64,000 nt of DNA. Source: a virus. The stretch is taken from positions 1-64,000 of IMG/VR virus record IMGVR_UViG_3300037141_000177. One strand, 5' to 3'. This document shows positions 28,529 through 38,574 of this stretch, piece after piece. Within the stretch, counting starts at the first letter, position 1, and every line of letters starts with the position of its first letter. A program made the translations under genes and the position numbers. Under the pieces are notes generated by a model. That model did not search any database. It saw nothing but the letters and a program-made list of their open reading frames with translations, and was not told the DNA's origin.

Positions 28529-28876
28529 TCACGCCACCCGTCGACGACGAGCAGCTGGTTTCCGGATCCGCTCCGGAGTGATGACGTCAATAATCGCGTT
28601 CGCCTGTGCCATGAGGGCATCGTGGGACTGCAGCCCGACCGCAATGGCGAAGCGGACCGCGACAGAGGGGCGCCCTGCCTTCAGCCCGTAGATTGCTGCC
28701 CCAACGCACATGCTTTCGTTCCCGCGCCTCTCTAGCGTCTTGTGGCACTGAAACGTGGACCGGTCGTCGGCTTCCTGATCGGCGACGATCTCGGCCACCC
28801 GCCCTTCCCTCAGATAAATCGCGCCAAACTTCAGAAACGGGCAGTTGGCGCACGGTCGTTTCATGTTCGCGTTCAT
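28529..28876 (-). CDS. Cys-rich hypothetical protein (DUF6283-like)
   Basis: PCANCPF...FQCHKT...CVGA. Confidence 0.65.
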   Translation of the reverse strand: MNANMKRPCANCPFLKFGAIYLREGRVAEIVADQEADDRSTFQCHKTLERRGNESMCVGAAIYGLKAGRPSVAVRFAIAVGLQSHDALMAQANAIIDVITPERIRKPAARRRRVA

Positions 28877-29106
28877 GTCGGCCGCGCCACCACCGCTTTT
28901 ACCCTGACCTCGACAAAGGTTTCGAACCCGATCGAGATTTCACAATGGTTACAGTAAATGCTCTTGTTTTTCAGGCCCTCCGCAATGGCCCCCGGCATGT
29001 TTTTAAGCCCGTAGGTTTTAAGCGTGCACTCGCCGTCTTTGGTCTGAAATGACGTTTCCTCGCCGCACGCCGGACATTCGAATTTCACGGTATCGAACAT
29101 ACCCAT
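28873..29106 (-). CDS. Zn-ribbon hypothetical protein
   Basis: MGMFDTV..ECPAC...FQTKD..C; SD GGAGG. Confidence 0.7.
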   Translation of the reverse strand: MGMFDTVKFECPACGEETSFQTKDGECTLKTYGLKNMPGAIAEGLKNKSIYCNHCEISIGFETFVEVRVKAVVARPT

Positions 29107-29139
29107 GTCAACCTCCGTTAAAAGTAGACGGTTCGTCCT

Positions 29140-30501
29140 TCATGCTTTCTCCTGCTTCAACGAAAACGCGAGCAAGTCCTCTGCGGTCGGCTCGCCCCAC
29201 AGTTTTGCGGCGAGCCACTCGGCGAACGCCGTTTTCGCCAGTTTCGATTTGACGACTCGGTTTGTAATCCCGTCGCGGACTTGTTTCGGCAGGTCCATCG
29301 CAAGCCACTCGTCTTTCAGGGCCGTCGCTTCGTCAGCCCCGACTTCTTTCCAGTAGCCGCTGGCTTCGGTTATTTGATGGGCCTTGTATGCCGCCTTCAG
29401 GCTGGTCATCTCCGCCTCGGGGTCTGCTAGGTCGAGCGCTGCTTGCTGTGCCGCCTTAACCGCGATTTTCGGCTCTTTGTACTTGCTTCGAAGCATGACC
29501 TTGAAATAGGCCGCTTGGCTCACCAACGGTTTCCCCGACGTACTCACGGCCTTCGCGTCGGTGGCCTTCAGTGCTGCACGAATGACTTTCCTCTCGTGCT
29601 TTTGGTATATCGCACGCGCTTCGTCTTGCGGGATGTCCATCGCGACCATTCGTCGAATCAATTCAACGTCCAAGGGCGAATTGATCTCGCCGAATCCGCT
29701 ATTTTCGCTGACGGGCTTGGGCACGATTTTGAACTGGATATCGCTCACCCGAATCCCGTTTTTGTGCTCCACCAACTCGACCGTAAACGTTGCCCTGTCC
29801 TGACTGTTTATCTCAGAAATACTGGCCTTCAGAATGTCGCGTTTGAAGTATTTGTACTCGCTGTATGTGTTCTTCGCGTCGCCGGTCAGAACGGGCACCC
29901 ACCACGTCCAGTCCGCTCGGTTCGTGACCCCTGTTCCGTCTTTCTGATTTCGACTGTTCGTTTCGTAGCGCGAGCAAATCTCAAAAAGGGAAACCGACGC
30001 GCCCGAGGTGAGCGACGTATGGATTTGCAGAGACAGGTGCGTGAAGGCTTTGTAATCGAACAAGCGGGATTGAATTTTTTCCGGAAACATCCACTCGAGC
30101 GTTTTTGCCTTGCCACGCGGCCCGTCGTTTAGCTCGGCTTGCGCCAGCATTGCGGTAACGCCCCACCCCGCCACTTTCCCCGGTGTGTTCCAGATAACTG
30201 CGATGCCTGCGGTCATCAATTCAAGGTGGTGCTTGATCACGTGTGTCGCGCCGCTGCTGAATTCGATGTACTCCATCACTTCGGATAAGGGACGGCTGTA
30301 CTTGGCTTGTGGGCCGTCCTGTTGAGCGAAATAAACCAGCACGTTGAAGAGGCGCCGCACCACAAGCGTGACTCGACCGCGCTGCGGGTGAATGGCGATT
30401 GTCTCGTTCATGCGCCGGACGAAATCTTCGTCGTTCGGTGTCGAAATGTCTGTGTTTTGCATGGGCCACAACATATCCGAGCCGGTGAGACAGATCAACA
30501 A
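29140..30501 (-). CDS. repA: Plasmid replication initiator (Rep_3/RepB-type); true start may be ATG 30462
   Basis: RRLFNVL, LFEIC.RY, YSEYKYFKR.ILK.SI.EIN, VEL.EHK.G..V..IQF; iterons directly upstream. Confidence 0.9.
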   Translation of the reverse strand: MLICLTGSDMLWPMQNTDISTPNDEDFVRRMNETIAIHPQRGRVTLVVRRLFNVLVYFAQQDGPQAKYSRPLSEVMEYIEFSSGATHVIKHHLELMTAGIAVIWNTPGKVAGWGVTAMLAQAELNDGPRGKAKTLEWMFPEKIQSRLFDYKAFTHLSLQIHTSLTSGASVSLFEICSRYETNSRNQKDGTGVTNRADWTWWVPVLTGDAKNTYSEYKYFKRDILKASISEINSQDRATFTVELVEHKNGIRVSDIQFKIVPKPVSENSGFGEINSPLDVELIRRMVAMDIPQDEARAIYQKHERKVIRAALKATDAKAVSTSGKPLVSQAAYFKVMLRSKYKEPKIAVKAAQQAALDLADPEAEMTSLKAAYKAHQITEASGYWKEVGADEATALKDEWLAMDLPKQVRDGITNRVVKSKLAKTAFAEWLAAKLWGEPTAEDLLAFSLKQEKA

Positions 30502-30527
30502 TTAATTTTCACCTGTTTTTTCGGCAA

Positions 30528-30647
30528 AGTTCCCTATATCCACTCACCTAGTTCCCTAAATACGCTCACCTGTTGGTTCAAAGTTCCCTAAATTCACTCA
30601 CCTAGTTCCCTAAATTCACTCACCTAGTTCCCTAAATACGCTCACCT
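30528..30647. repeat. Five 22-bp iterons (plasmid origin)
   Basis: AGTTCCCTAWATNCRCTCACCT at 30528, 30550, 30582, 30604, 30626. Confidence 0.92.
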
Positions 30648-30690
30648 GTTGGTGCCTCAAACCCTTGCTGGGCGGGCTTCTCCGTTTTCT

Positions 30691-30720
30691 CAAGGTTTAC
30701 AAGGGTTTACAAGGGTTAAA
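30691..30720. repeat. Three 10-bp repeats, candidate DNA-unwinding element
   Basis: CAAGGTTTAC AAGGGTTTAC AAGGGTTAAA next to the iterons. Confidence 0.6.
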
Positions 30721-30911
30721 AGCTTCAAGAATTCTCAATGTCGAGGCTCGTAAAAAAAGCTTCGAACCCAAATCCGCCGGCAATCCGTGGCCTCCGGTGC
30801 GGCGGCGCTGCGGCGGGGGAAAGAGGTGAGCGAATTCGTGATCGAAAGCGCCCGTTCGGACGGCCACCAGCACGGTGGCGTCGGTTTTTCGGATGAGGGT
30901 GGGTTTGGACG

Positions 30912-31262
30912 TCAGCGCGCGATTCCGTACTTCTTTTTGAGGCGTGCCAACTCGGTCCTCGCTCCGTCGACCAGCACTTCCGTCATCGGAATGTCGGTTT
31001 GCTTCGTGAAATCCCGGAGTTCGTCGTAAAAATCAAGAGGCACGCGGAGGTTCATGGTCGCCTTCGGTTGGCGGCGTCGCGGCAATACAGCCCCTTGGTG
31101 CGGTTTTGCGGTATCCGCCTGTTCGGATGGGTCCACCACCCGGAACGAAGGCGCTGGCGGCATCTCTGAGGCCGCTGGTGCCGTTTCGGGTGCGGATAGG
31201 TTCTCGCTGGCGTCCTCGATTGAGGGGGGATCGCCGAGTCCTTTGGTTTTGAAAGTGACCAT
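30912..31262 (-). CDS. Partition adaptor (ParG-like ribbon-helix-helix)
   Basis: Downstream of parA; low-complexity N-terminus plus ATMNLRVPLDFYDELR RHH. Confidence 0.75.
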   Translation of the reverse strand: MVTFKTKGLGDPPSIEDASENLSAPETAPAASEMPPAPSFRVVDPSEQADTAKPHQGAVLPRRRQPKATMNLRVPLDFYDELRDFTKQTDIPMTEVLVDGARTELARLKKKYGIAR

Positions 31263-31267
31263 TTTTG

Positions 31268-31891
31268 TTACTCCGCTGCGTTGACTAAGGCTTGGATCAG
31301 GGCGTCTGCTCGTGAATTCAGCGCCTTGTACCGGGTTTCTGTGACCGCATACCCCTCGTTTTGCGCCGTTCGGTAGCTCGGGCGCTCGACCATGCAGCCG
31401 TCCAGCACGGCGTATCCGGCTTTGGCGATATAGGCGCGGGCTTGGGCCTCCTCCGCGTCGGTGCCTATGCGGCTCAGGGCAAAAGCGAGTTTCTCGATAG
31501 GCACGCCCGCCTTCACCAGCGCGTGAAACTCCCGGACCGCTGGGCGCAGATCGTCAAGGGACGCTCCGCTCGGCTGGACGACGAGGTTCGCCGCCATCGC
31601 GATCGCGAGCGTCGCCGCGCTCGTGCGCGCTGGCGCATCGATCACGAGGATGTCGTACTGCCCAGCAATCGCGAGCGCCTGTGCTGCCGTTTTGAACGAT
31701 TCGGCGGAGATGGCCGGTTGGATGCCGGCGTCGTTCCTGGTGATCTGCCAGAACACGCTTGTCGATTGCTGGGTGTCCAGGTCGGCGAGTTTTACGCGTA
31801 GGCCGGCTGCTGCACCTTCCCTTGCTAATGCCCTGGCGAGTGTGCTTTTGCCTACCCCGCCCTTCTGTGAGACGAACGCGACAATGGTCAC
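31268..31891 (-). CDS. parA: Type Ib ParA partition ATPase
   Basis: 207 aa; QKGGVGKST deviant Walker A, DLDTQ, VIDAP. Confidence 0.93.
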   Translation of the reverse strand: MTIVAFVSQKGGVGKSTLARALAREGAAAGLRVKLADLDTQQSTSVFWQITRNDAGIQPAISAESFKTAAQALAIAGQYDILVIDAPARTSAATLAIAMAANLVVQPSGASLDDLRPAVREFHALVKAGVPIEKLAFALSRIGTDAEEAQARAYIAKAGYAVLDGCMVERPSYRTAQNEGYAVTETRYKALNSRADALIQALVNAAE

Positions 31892-31895
31892 TTTT

Positions 31896-32330
31896 GTAAA
31901 TCCTCATGTATTGCAGTGTGGCAACGTTAGTGTATTTGTGCGTTTGCTGCAATGTTTCTGTATGGCCGTGCGTATATACAGTTGTAAAGACGTGCGTACG
32001 TACGGCGTTACGTGCAGATAGCTGTGTGTATGGCCGGGTTGTCGTCTCCGGGCAACCACCTAGAGTCCAAGGTGGTCGAACGCGCCGGTTTATTGATGTG
32101 CTGCCGGAGTGGTGTCTGTAAGCGCACCCGTCCGCGCATCTGCACGTCAGTGCGTACGCATGTAAAGACGTACGTGTATACGTCTGTAAAGACACGTGGA
32201 TATGTGCGTGGAAGCGGTGAAACAAAGCAGGATGTAAGGAAGTAATGCTGTGCGCATGGGTGTAATGGCAGAAGCACTGACTTCTTTATACAAAGCCGTC
32301 TATACGTGCATCAATGCGTGCGCACTGAAG
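31896..32330. repeat. Candidate centromere: purine/pyrimidine 4-bp periodic tracts upstream of parA
   Basis: TGTAAAGAC at 31983, 32161, 32185 and runs of GTGC/GTAC/GTAT in two blocks. Confidence 0.6.
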
Positions 32331-32349
32331 GGTGTATTGGTGGACCCGT

Positions 32350-32850
32350 TCAAATTTCCTCGTACCCGACTTGAAACAAGGGGATACCGAGTTGCGCCTG
32401 CACGAGGTGGAGCAACTCGACCTCGCTCTTGCCGTGGAGTGCGGCGAACTGCGGACGACCCATGTCGTGTACGCCGACGCCGCTGTCCTGATGGTGCCGT
32501 GGGCACAGTGGCATGGTGTTGGTGTGCGCGGCCTTCATCTTTCCCTGTCCGGTGCGCAGGTGATGCACGATCGCTGGTGTGTCGGCGATCCCGTAGCAGG
32601 CCAAGCAGCAAATACACCCAAGCCCACGGACGCGCTCCATGTAGCGCAGGTCAGCCGCGCTCACGTACGGGCGGCTGCTTTTCAGCGTCGAATACGCTTT
32701 CCCCGATCCTTTCTCTAACGCCCTGGCGATGACCTTCTTCGACTGCTTGGCGAGCGGGGTGGAGCGCGACAGACCCTTCGCGTCCGGCTTGGTTTTGAAG
32801 CCGCTGCGCTTCATGGGTGCGCTGCGCGTGAGGCGGTTACCGAAGCTCAT
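32350..32850 (-). CDS. Ref-family (recombination enhancement) HNH nuclease
   Basis: Basic N-terminus; LGCICC...VHHLRTGQG...MPLCPRHH...GVH. Confidence 0.8.
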   Translation of the reverse strand: MSFGNRLTRSAPMKRSGFKTKPDAKGLSRSTPLAKQSKKVIARALEKGSGKAYSTLKSSRPYVSAADLRYMERVRGLGCICCLACYGIADTPAIVHHLRTGQGKMKAAHTNTMPLCPRHHQDSGVGVHDMGRPQFAALHGKSEVELLHLVQAQLGIPLFQVGYEEI

Positions 32851-33080
32851 GGCGCCGCCCGCATGGTGCGCACAACTTGGCTGTTGAAAATCCGGCGCAG
32901 GGTGAAGCTGCGCACCAGTGATATGGCGGTATAAATCACGCCCAGCCCGAGGTTCTGTTCGCCACTTAAGTGCCAGCCGAACAGTGGAAATAGCAGCGCG
33001 TTTGCGGCGAAGTTGATGGCAAAGCCGACCGCCACGTTCACAACCGCCTCGAGCGCGGATCCTTTTTTTGATTGGGTCAT
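32847..33080 (-). CDS. Small membrane protein
   Basis: QSKKGSALEAVVNVAVG...RRIFN; two TM segments. Confidence 0.75.
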   Translation of the reverse strand: MTQSKKGSALEAVVNVAVGFAINFAANALLFPLFGWHLSGEQNLGLGVIYTAISLVRSFTLRRIFNSQVVRTMRAAP

Positions 33081-33090
33081 TTTTGTTATC

Positions 33091-33582
33091 TCAGAAAGGG
33101 ATCTGGTCGTCTTGAAGCTCGTCAGCCGGTGGTGACCGGCTACCGGCTGTATTTGTCGTGCGCCCCGCAGCGCGGTTATTGCGGCCCTGTCCGTAGCCGT
33201 CGGTGCGCTGGTCCCGGTCCTCCTCCTCCATGCCTCTGCCGGTGCCGCTGATGCGCCCGCCGAGCATCTGAAGGTTCAACACCCTGACCTCGGTCTGGTA
33301 GTGCGTGACCCCGGCCTTCTCCCACGTCTTGGTGCGCAGAGCTCCTTCGATGTAGATCGACGCGCCTTTCTTGAGGTACTCGTTCGCGATCTCGGCGAGG
33401 CGCCCGAATAGGACCAGCCTGTGCCACTCCGTGAGTTCTTTTTGCTCGCCGCTGACCTTGTCTTTGAATTTGTCGGTGGTCGCGAGCCGGATGTTGCAGA
33501 CCGGATCGCCAGAGGGCGCGTACCGCATTTCCGGATCCGCGCCGAGGTTTCCGACCAGAATCACCTTGTTAACTGAAGCCAC
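33091..33582 (-). CDS. ssb: Single-stranded DNA-binding protein
   Basis: [32 protein letters not shown]-terminal DDQIPF. Confidence 0.96.
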   Translation of the reverse strand: MASVNKVILVGNLGADPEMRYAPSGDPVCNIRLATTDKFKDKVSGEQKELTEWHRLVLFGRLAEIANEYLKKGASIYIEGALRTKTWEKAGVTHYQTEVRVLNLQMLGGRISGTGRGMEEEDRDQRTDGYGQGRNNRAAGRTTNTAGSRSPPADELQDDQIPF

Positions 33583-33638
33583 GTTCTGTCCTTTGTTTGT
33601 CGAAAAACCCGGCGGCGCAGTGCCGGTCGGGTTCTGTT

Positions 33639-35489
33639 TCAGGCGGCTTTTCGGTACGCCGGCGTGTCGAGCAGCTTCTTTTCGAGTGCCGGAAATTGCT
33701 GAATCAGTGCGTCCAGATCGAGCACGGAGCCTTCGTGGATCCACTCGCACGCGATGGCCGCTGGTAGGCCCGTGGGCGGTTGCTTGAGCGTCGCGAAGAG
33801 GAGGGCTGTGTTGATCGCTCCGGCCTCGGCGCGGCCGGCGAGCCAGAGCATCAGTTCGACGCGCCCGTCGTTATCGAGCACGTCGACCCGGTCGAGCAGG
33901 AGCACGCGCACTTCGGATAGCTCGGCGATCGCGTCGGCGATCATCGCGTCGATGCGCCAGCGCTCGGACTCGGAGTGCAGCGCGTAGTCGCGGCCCTCGG
34001 CGGTGATCGTCATGTCGGTGTTGATGGTTGGCTGGCGCCAGCCGGTGGCCACGGCGCTCTGGCGCATGGCCGTGTTGACCGGTCGCAGCGCTTGGGCGAG
34101 CAGCTGCGCGGGGATGCCGTTCGGCGCGAGCTGGTCGGCGATGGCGAGCCACTGCGTGACTTCGGAGTGGTGCGTCGCGGCGTTCGCGGTCTTTTCGTCC
34201 GCCTGTGCGGCTTGGTCGGCGATCACCAGCAGCGCGGCCAGCGAGTTCGCCGCGCCCGTGAACGCTGTCTTGCACGCGGTAATCCGAAGTTGCGCCTGGT
34301 GGACGTCCTCATCCGAGACGCGCTTCGGTGCGTCGCCGGCGATCAGGGTCGCTGCCGCCTCGGAGCTCGCCAGATCGCGCTTGCCGTTCGTGACGGCGTT
34401 TTGCATGAGGGTGAGCGCCGCGCGGTACTTGACCAGTTCGGAGAGCACGTCGGGGTCGCCGACGTTGCTGGGCAGGCCGAACTGCTCGACGTACTTGTCG
34501 AAGGCGCTGCGCGTGACCGCGACCGCCTGTTGCGTGCTCGGGCGCTGATCGTCGCTTAAGGTGTCGATCATCGTTTCGGCCGCTGCGCCGAATTCGTGCA
34601 CCAGTCCGACGCGGGGCGCGGCACCGGCCTTGGTCGCGAGGTCAGCCACCTTGAGTTCAAGGTCGCTCAAATTCTTCTCGTCTATGGCCAGTTTGTTGCG
34701 GATCCGCCCGATCTGGCCTGCCGTCGCTTCGGCCTTTTCCCGGAACCTGATGTCCAGGTTGTATTGCGCCTGCTGTGCCGTCAGGGTGCCGAGGGCGGTC
34801 TGCTCGAGCCGCAGCGCGTCGTCCGCCGCGTCGCGCTGGGTCGTTGCCGCGGTGATCGCTTGCGGGTCGTATTCCGGCTTGTCGGCTTCCCACTCCTCGG
34901 ATTTCTTCGAGCCGTAGTTCTCGCCCGTGAGCGCCTTCCATGCGCCCTTGGCCTCGGTGGCTTTGGTCGACGCAAAGGTGGCCGCAGCGGGAAAACCGGT
35001 TATGGACTTGAGCAGCGGCACGGTCTGCGCGACCTTCGCCGGGTCGCACTCTTTCTCGATCAGGATCCGCTGGACAATCGCTTCGGTGACGCTGCAGTGC
35101 GTGAGCGAAAACAGGAAGGTGCGCCGCGCCTCCGGCGTGAGGGATGCGAAGCCCTGCGCGTTCAACACGAAGGGCAGGGCGTCGGGCAGGCCGAGCAGCA
35201 GGTCGCCCTCGAGCGTGTGCACGCCGCTCGGCAGCGTGTAGCTCGCGGTACCGGAGTCGGTCGACACTGAGCAAGTGCCAGATTTGGCACCTTCTGAGAC
35301 CATCGTCGGATAGTCGCGCTTCAGGCTCACGCGCAAGGTGACGCCTGTGAAGGCCATCCGGACGGCTTCCTGAATGCTCGACTTGGCTGCGCCGTTGAAC
35401 CCGGCAAAGAGGATCACCGGCGTGCGCGGGGTGATATCGACGTGCCGCGCGCCGAGGATGTTGGTGATTTTGATGCGGTTGATTTTCAT
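33639..35489 (-). CDS. SMC/Rad50-like coiled-coil ATPase
   Basis: [10 protein letters not shown]-loop, long coiled coil, HSESE and LLLDRVD C-terminal motifs. Confidence 0.8.
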   Translation of the reverse strand: MKINRIKITNILGARHVDITPRTPVILFAGFNGAAKSSIQEAVRMAFTGVTLRVSLKRDYPTMVSEGAKSGTCSVSTDSGTASYTLPSGVHTLEGDLLLGLPDALPFVLNAQGFASLTPEARRTFLFSLTHCSVTEAIVQRILIEKECDPAKVAQTVPLLKSITGFPAAATFASTKATEAKGAWKALTGENYGSKKSEEWEADKPEYDPQAITAATTQRDAADDALRLEQTALGTLTAQQAQYNLDIRFREKAEATAGQIGRIRNKLAIDEKNLSDLELKVADLATKAGAAPRVGLVHEFGAAAETMIDTLSDDQRPSTQQAVAVTRSAFDKYVEQFGLPSNVGDPDVLSELVKYRAALTLMQNAVTNGKRDLASSEAAATLIAGDAPKRVSDEDVHQAQLRITACKTAFTGAANSLAALLVIADQAAQADEKTANAATHHSEVTQWLAIADQLAPNGIPAQLLAQALRPVNTAMRQSAVATGWRQPTINTDMTITAEGRDYALHSESERWRIDAMIADAIAELSEVRVLLLDRVDVLDNDGRVELMLWLAGRAEAGAINTALLFATLKQPPTGLPAAIACEWIHEGSVLDLDALIQQFPALEKKLLDTPAYRKAA

Positions 35490-35492
35490 GGC

Positions 35493-36584
35493 TCAGTCCA
35501 CCGACATTTGCGATTGCCGCGCCGTCGCACGGGCGGCTTGCTTGGCATCCGGCTTGGCCTCGAGCGCTTCGCGGCACTCGCGATAGATCGCATCGAGGTC
35601 GGCGCGATGCTCGAGCACGGCGGTGCGTATCTGCTCGGCTGCTTCGTCGAGCGCATCGTTGGTCGAGGCGTTGCGCATCTCGAGCGCGATGGCGTTCATC
35701 AGGTCGCTTCCGGCGTTCGCAGAGGCGCCGCCTTGCCGCTGGTCTGGTCCGGGGGATGTGGTGTTGGCCTTTTCGTTGTCGCCGTGATGGCGGTGCGTTT
35801 CTTCGCTCGAGCCGCTTTGGTCGTTCGCCGGGGGCGTTTCGGCTTGCTTGACCAGCATGTCGCCGTCGATGGTCAGCCCACGGCCTTCGTCGGCTGCTTC
35901 GCTGGCGGTGATCGCGTTGATCATTTCCTGCGATTTCGGCATGTACTTGAGCACCTGCAGCAGCGCTACTTTCCTGCCGTACATCTCCATGTTTCCGTAC
36001 GCGTAATGCTTGGCCCCGACCTTGTTGTATTTCTTGAGGTGCTTTGCCACGCGCGCCATCGTCCACACCTCGATCACCGGCCAGTCGCCCCCCTTGATCC
36101 GGCCCACCGCGTAGACGTGCGTGATCTTGGCAGGGTCATCCTCGCCCTGCGGCTTGTGGGTGATGAACGGCTTGTCGCCCTTGGCGTATTCGAAAATGTC
36201 ACCGTCGTACACGGCGTCTGTCCACACCCCGGCGCGGCCCGAGCGCGACACCAGATCGACCAGTCCCATCCACCCGGGCACGAACGTGCAGATGCCCTTG
36301 TAGGGCACGAGAAAGCCCTGCCCGCCGACGATCTCGAGGCCGAGGTTGGCCGAGATGCTCAGCGAGGCGTAGACGGATTCCTCGGAGCACGCGAGCAGGT
36401 CGGGGTTCTTGTTCATCGCGACCACTGCCGAGCGCACGAGGCGGCTCGCATCCATGTGCTGCGGCATGCCTTTCGCCAGATTGCCGATACGTGATTCGAG
36501 GTATCGAACCTTCGTGGCGAATGTCTGAACGGCCCGGTTCTCCGGGTTGTCCCGCGTTTTCATGTCTGCGAGCTGTGTAGCCAT
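35493..36584 (-). CDS. recT: RecT-family ssDNA annealing protein
   Basis: LLAC...S....LGL, FLVPYK, GLVDLV.RSG, VYDGD.F, M.RK.AL....KYMPKS. Confidence 0.92.
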   Translation of the reverse strand: MATQLADMKTRDNPENRAVQTFATKVRYLESRIGNLAKGMPQHMDASRLVRSAVVAMNKNPDLLACSEESVYASLSISANLGLEIVGGQGFLVPYKGICTFVPGWMGLVDLVSRSGRAGVWTDAVYDGDIFEYAKGDKPFITHKPQGEDDPAKITHVYAVGRIKGGDWPVIEVWTMARVAKHLKKYNKVGAKHYAYGNMEMYGRKVALLQVLKYMPKSQEMINAITASEAADEGRGLTIDGDMLVKQAETPPANDQSGSSEETHRHHGDNEKANTTSPGPDQRQGGASANAGSDLMNAIALEMRNASTNDALDEAAEQIRTAVLEHRADLDAIYRECREALEAKPDAKQAARATARQSQMSVD

Positions 36585-36624
36585 CGTGGTGTCTTTGTCC
36601 GTGGTTAAAGCGTGCGGGTGGAGG

Positions 36625-37452
36625 TCATGCGTGGAACAAACACGTTTTCCAGCGAGCGCAGAATTTCTCTGAACAAAGCGTGGATTGCGGGTTGGGGGGG
36701 AAGTCGCCGGACTTGAAAAAACCGGCGGCGTATTCGATCAAGCCTTTCTGCGTGGAGGTGCCGACCATCGACTGCTTGGCGTCGAAGATCGGACTCACGA
36801 GGGCGGGGGCAGCGGAGGTGGTTTGGAGGGCGATGATTTGGGAGCCGACGGTGCGCTCGCCCGTGTTCTCCTCGTACATCAACTCGTAAGCGCCCAGCTG
36901 CGCGACGCGGCCCTTCAGGATCACGCGGTCCTGTTCAATGAGGCGTGAGCCGCTCTTGATGTCGGGGATGACGACGCCACCCTCGGCTTCGGCCACGCGT
37001 GCGCGGTCCATCGTTCCCTTGAGGCGGATGGTGATGCCGTCGACGTCGATCTCGACCGGCTCCATCAGCATCTCGACGGCTTTGAAGGTGAAGCGGGGGC
37101 TGATCTCGACGCAGTATTTGGTGTGCAGGGTCAGGCCGATGACTTCGGCCTCGCGCATGGTGATGCTGCGGTCCTGCTTGTAGTCGACGTCGTCGGTGGG
37201 GTGGTGGAGCGTGTGAATGAACACGTCCGCTGCATCGCTGGCGCTGATGTTCGTGCGGTCGAGGCGGGACTGGTCGAAGGCGGCGGTGCTGGCGTGGATC
37301 GCGGTGCCGAGCGTGGCGCGCAAGCCGGAGGGGCGCCGCAGGCCGAGGAGGTGTTCGCCCTCCCAGGCATGCGCGCAGTCGAAAAGTCGGCCCCATGAGG
37401 AGGCGCGGACGTCGATCGTGCGCGTGTACAGCGGGTTGTGTGTCTTGTCCAT
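36625..37452 (-). CDS. PD-(D/E)XK exonuclease (RecB/Cas4-like)
   Basis: GTAIH, LKGTMD, DIKSG, QLGAY, terminal C....C.RW..C. Confidence 0.85.
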   Translation of the reverse strand: MDKTHNPLYTRTIDVRASSWGRLFDCAHAWEGEHLLGLRRPSGLRATLGTAIHASTAAFDQSRLDRTNISASDAADVFIHTLHHPTDDVDYKQDRSITMREAEVIGLTLHTKYCVEISPRFTFKAVEMLMEPVEIDVDGITIRLKGTMDRARVAEAEGGVVIPDIKSGSRLIEQDRVILKGRVAQLGAYELMYEENTGERTVGSQIIALQTTSAAPALVSPIFDAKQSMVGTSTQKGLIEYAAGFFKSGDFPPNPQSTLCSEKFCARWKTCLFHA

Positions 37453-37491
37453 CGTGCCGGTCCGTGTCGTCCCGGAGATGTAACGCCGGTA

Positions 37492-37524
37492 TTGCACGAT
37501 AGACAAATTGTGCGTCTAAAGCAA
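37492..37524 (-). promoter_or_regulatory. Leftward early promoter overlapped by two operators
   Basis: Minus strand TTGCTT-17bp-TATCGT; operators GTGCGTCTAAAGCAA (37510-37524) and weaker TTGCACGATAGACAA (37492-37506). Confidence 0.65.
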
Positions 37525-37582
37525 TTTATTCCTGCCGAACAATGTTCGTTTAAAGAATATTTTATTCATTGGGATTGAAACG

Positions 37583-37608
37583 AAAAGACCCGCCGGAGCG
37601 GGTCATTT
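37583..37608 (-). terminator. Terminator downstream of cI
   Basis: AAAAGACCCGC-CGGA-GCGGGTCATTT. Confidence 0.7.
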
Positions 37609-37665
37609 ATGTGCTGGTGATAATGACAGGTTGTGTAATTGTGAGGCTTCTGATAATGCCTTTTC

Positions 37666-38502
37666 TTAAAATCCGCCTCTGCAGCTGGATCGTTTAACCC
37701 GGCCCACGATGTTGACGCCCGCAGCTTGCTGCGCGGTGAGAACCATCTCGGGGTAGCGCGAATTTTCACAGATGATCCGAATGCCTTTGTTCACGAATGG
37801 GAGCACTCGACGCACGCAAAGTTGAGGATCTAATTCGTCGAGAACTATGACGAAAATCCCGCCGTTCAACGGTATCTCTTTATCTCCTAAGTCCGCCACC
37901 ACCACGTCTGACGCGTACATACGAGGCTCCATCGTATCGTCTAGTAGTTCGAAGCATCCAATATTATCGGGTTTGCTATCCAAGTCATTCACCATGAACC
38001 CGCCGAAGAGGTGAGTCGTGCGTTCTTCCACACTGTATGTAATGCCGCCTCTTGAGGCATTTGGCCTCGCGGTGATTATTCCAATGGCCACGTTCTCGTC
38101 CTTTGGTATCTCGTTGAGACACTTAAACTCGCTGAGATGTCGGGTGTGGCGTCCGACGTCTGGATCACCAGTATTACCCCGTATTCCGTTATGTGCCGGT
38201 ATATCCGAAAACAATTGCGCGAGCGTTATGTCTAGTGCCTTCGCGATCGCAATCATGGAGTCGTTGGTCAGGCTTTGGTGGCCGTTCTCGATTTTTGAAA
38301 GGCTCCCGGTGTTGATCCCGGTTCGTAGGTTCATCTCTCGGAGCCGAAGGCCACGCTGCTCGCGATGCGCTTTTATTCGTTTGCCAATTTCGGCGTTTTC
38401 TACATTCTCGGCTTCGCTCACGACGCTCGCTCCTTGAGGTGTCGCTAGGTTTTTCCCCGATGCTCGTGCTCTTGTTAGACGGGTATTACGAGCATCATCC
38501 AT
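37666..38502 (-). CDS. cI: CI-like repressor (XRE HTH plus S24 peptidase-like domain); start uncertain
   Basis: IGKRIK..R...GL.L.....GI....LSKIENG; DTMEP...D.VV.D, RIICEN..YP; divergent from cro. Confidence 0.88.
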   Translation of the reverse strand: MDDARNTRLTRARASGKNLATPQGASVVSEAENVENAEIGKRIKAHREQRGLRLREMNLRTGINTGSLSKIENGHQSLTNDSMIAIAKALDITLAQLFSDIPAHNGIRGNTGDPDVGRHTRHLSEFKCLNEIPKDENVAIGIITARPNASRGGITYSVEERTTHLFGGFMVNDLDSKPDNIGCFELLDDTMEPRMYASDVVVADLGDKEIPLNGGIFVIVLDELDPQLCVRRVLPFVNKGIRIICENSRYPEMVLTAQQAAGVNIVGRVKRSSCRGGF

Positions 38503-38523
38503 AAACGTATCATTGTTAATATT

Positions 38524-38538
38524 TTGCTTCACGCGCAC
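38524..38538. promoter_or_regulatory. Candidate operator in the cI/cro intergenic region
   Basis: TTGCTTCACGCGCAC. Confidence 0.55.
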
Positions 38539-38574
38539 AATTCCCTTCGTAAACTTTCTTACATGTGACATAAA

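Noticed and set aside
30528-30647. Repeat array as CRISPR
   Set aside because: Repeats are contiguous without unique spacers, no cas operon, and they sit beside a Rep gene: iterons
31554-32277. ORFs across the parA upstream region
   Set aside because: Low-complexity Tyr/Thr/Val/Cys translations arising from the periodic repeat DNA
34657-36066. 469-aa ORF and similar long shadow ORFs (for example 53847-55193 and 57169-58200)
   Set aside because: Arg/Ala-rich alternative or antisense frames over well-supported genes, expected in GC-rich DNA
36625-37452. Cas4 or CRISPR adaptation gene
   Set aside because: Context beside recT indicates a phage recombination exonuclease; no array or cas1
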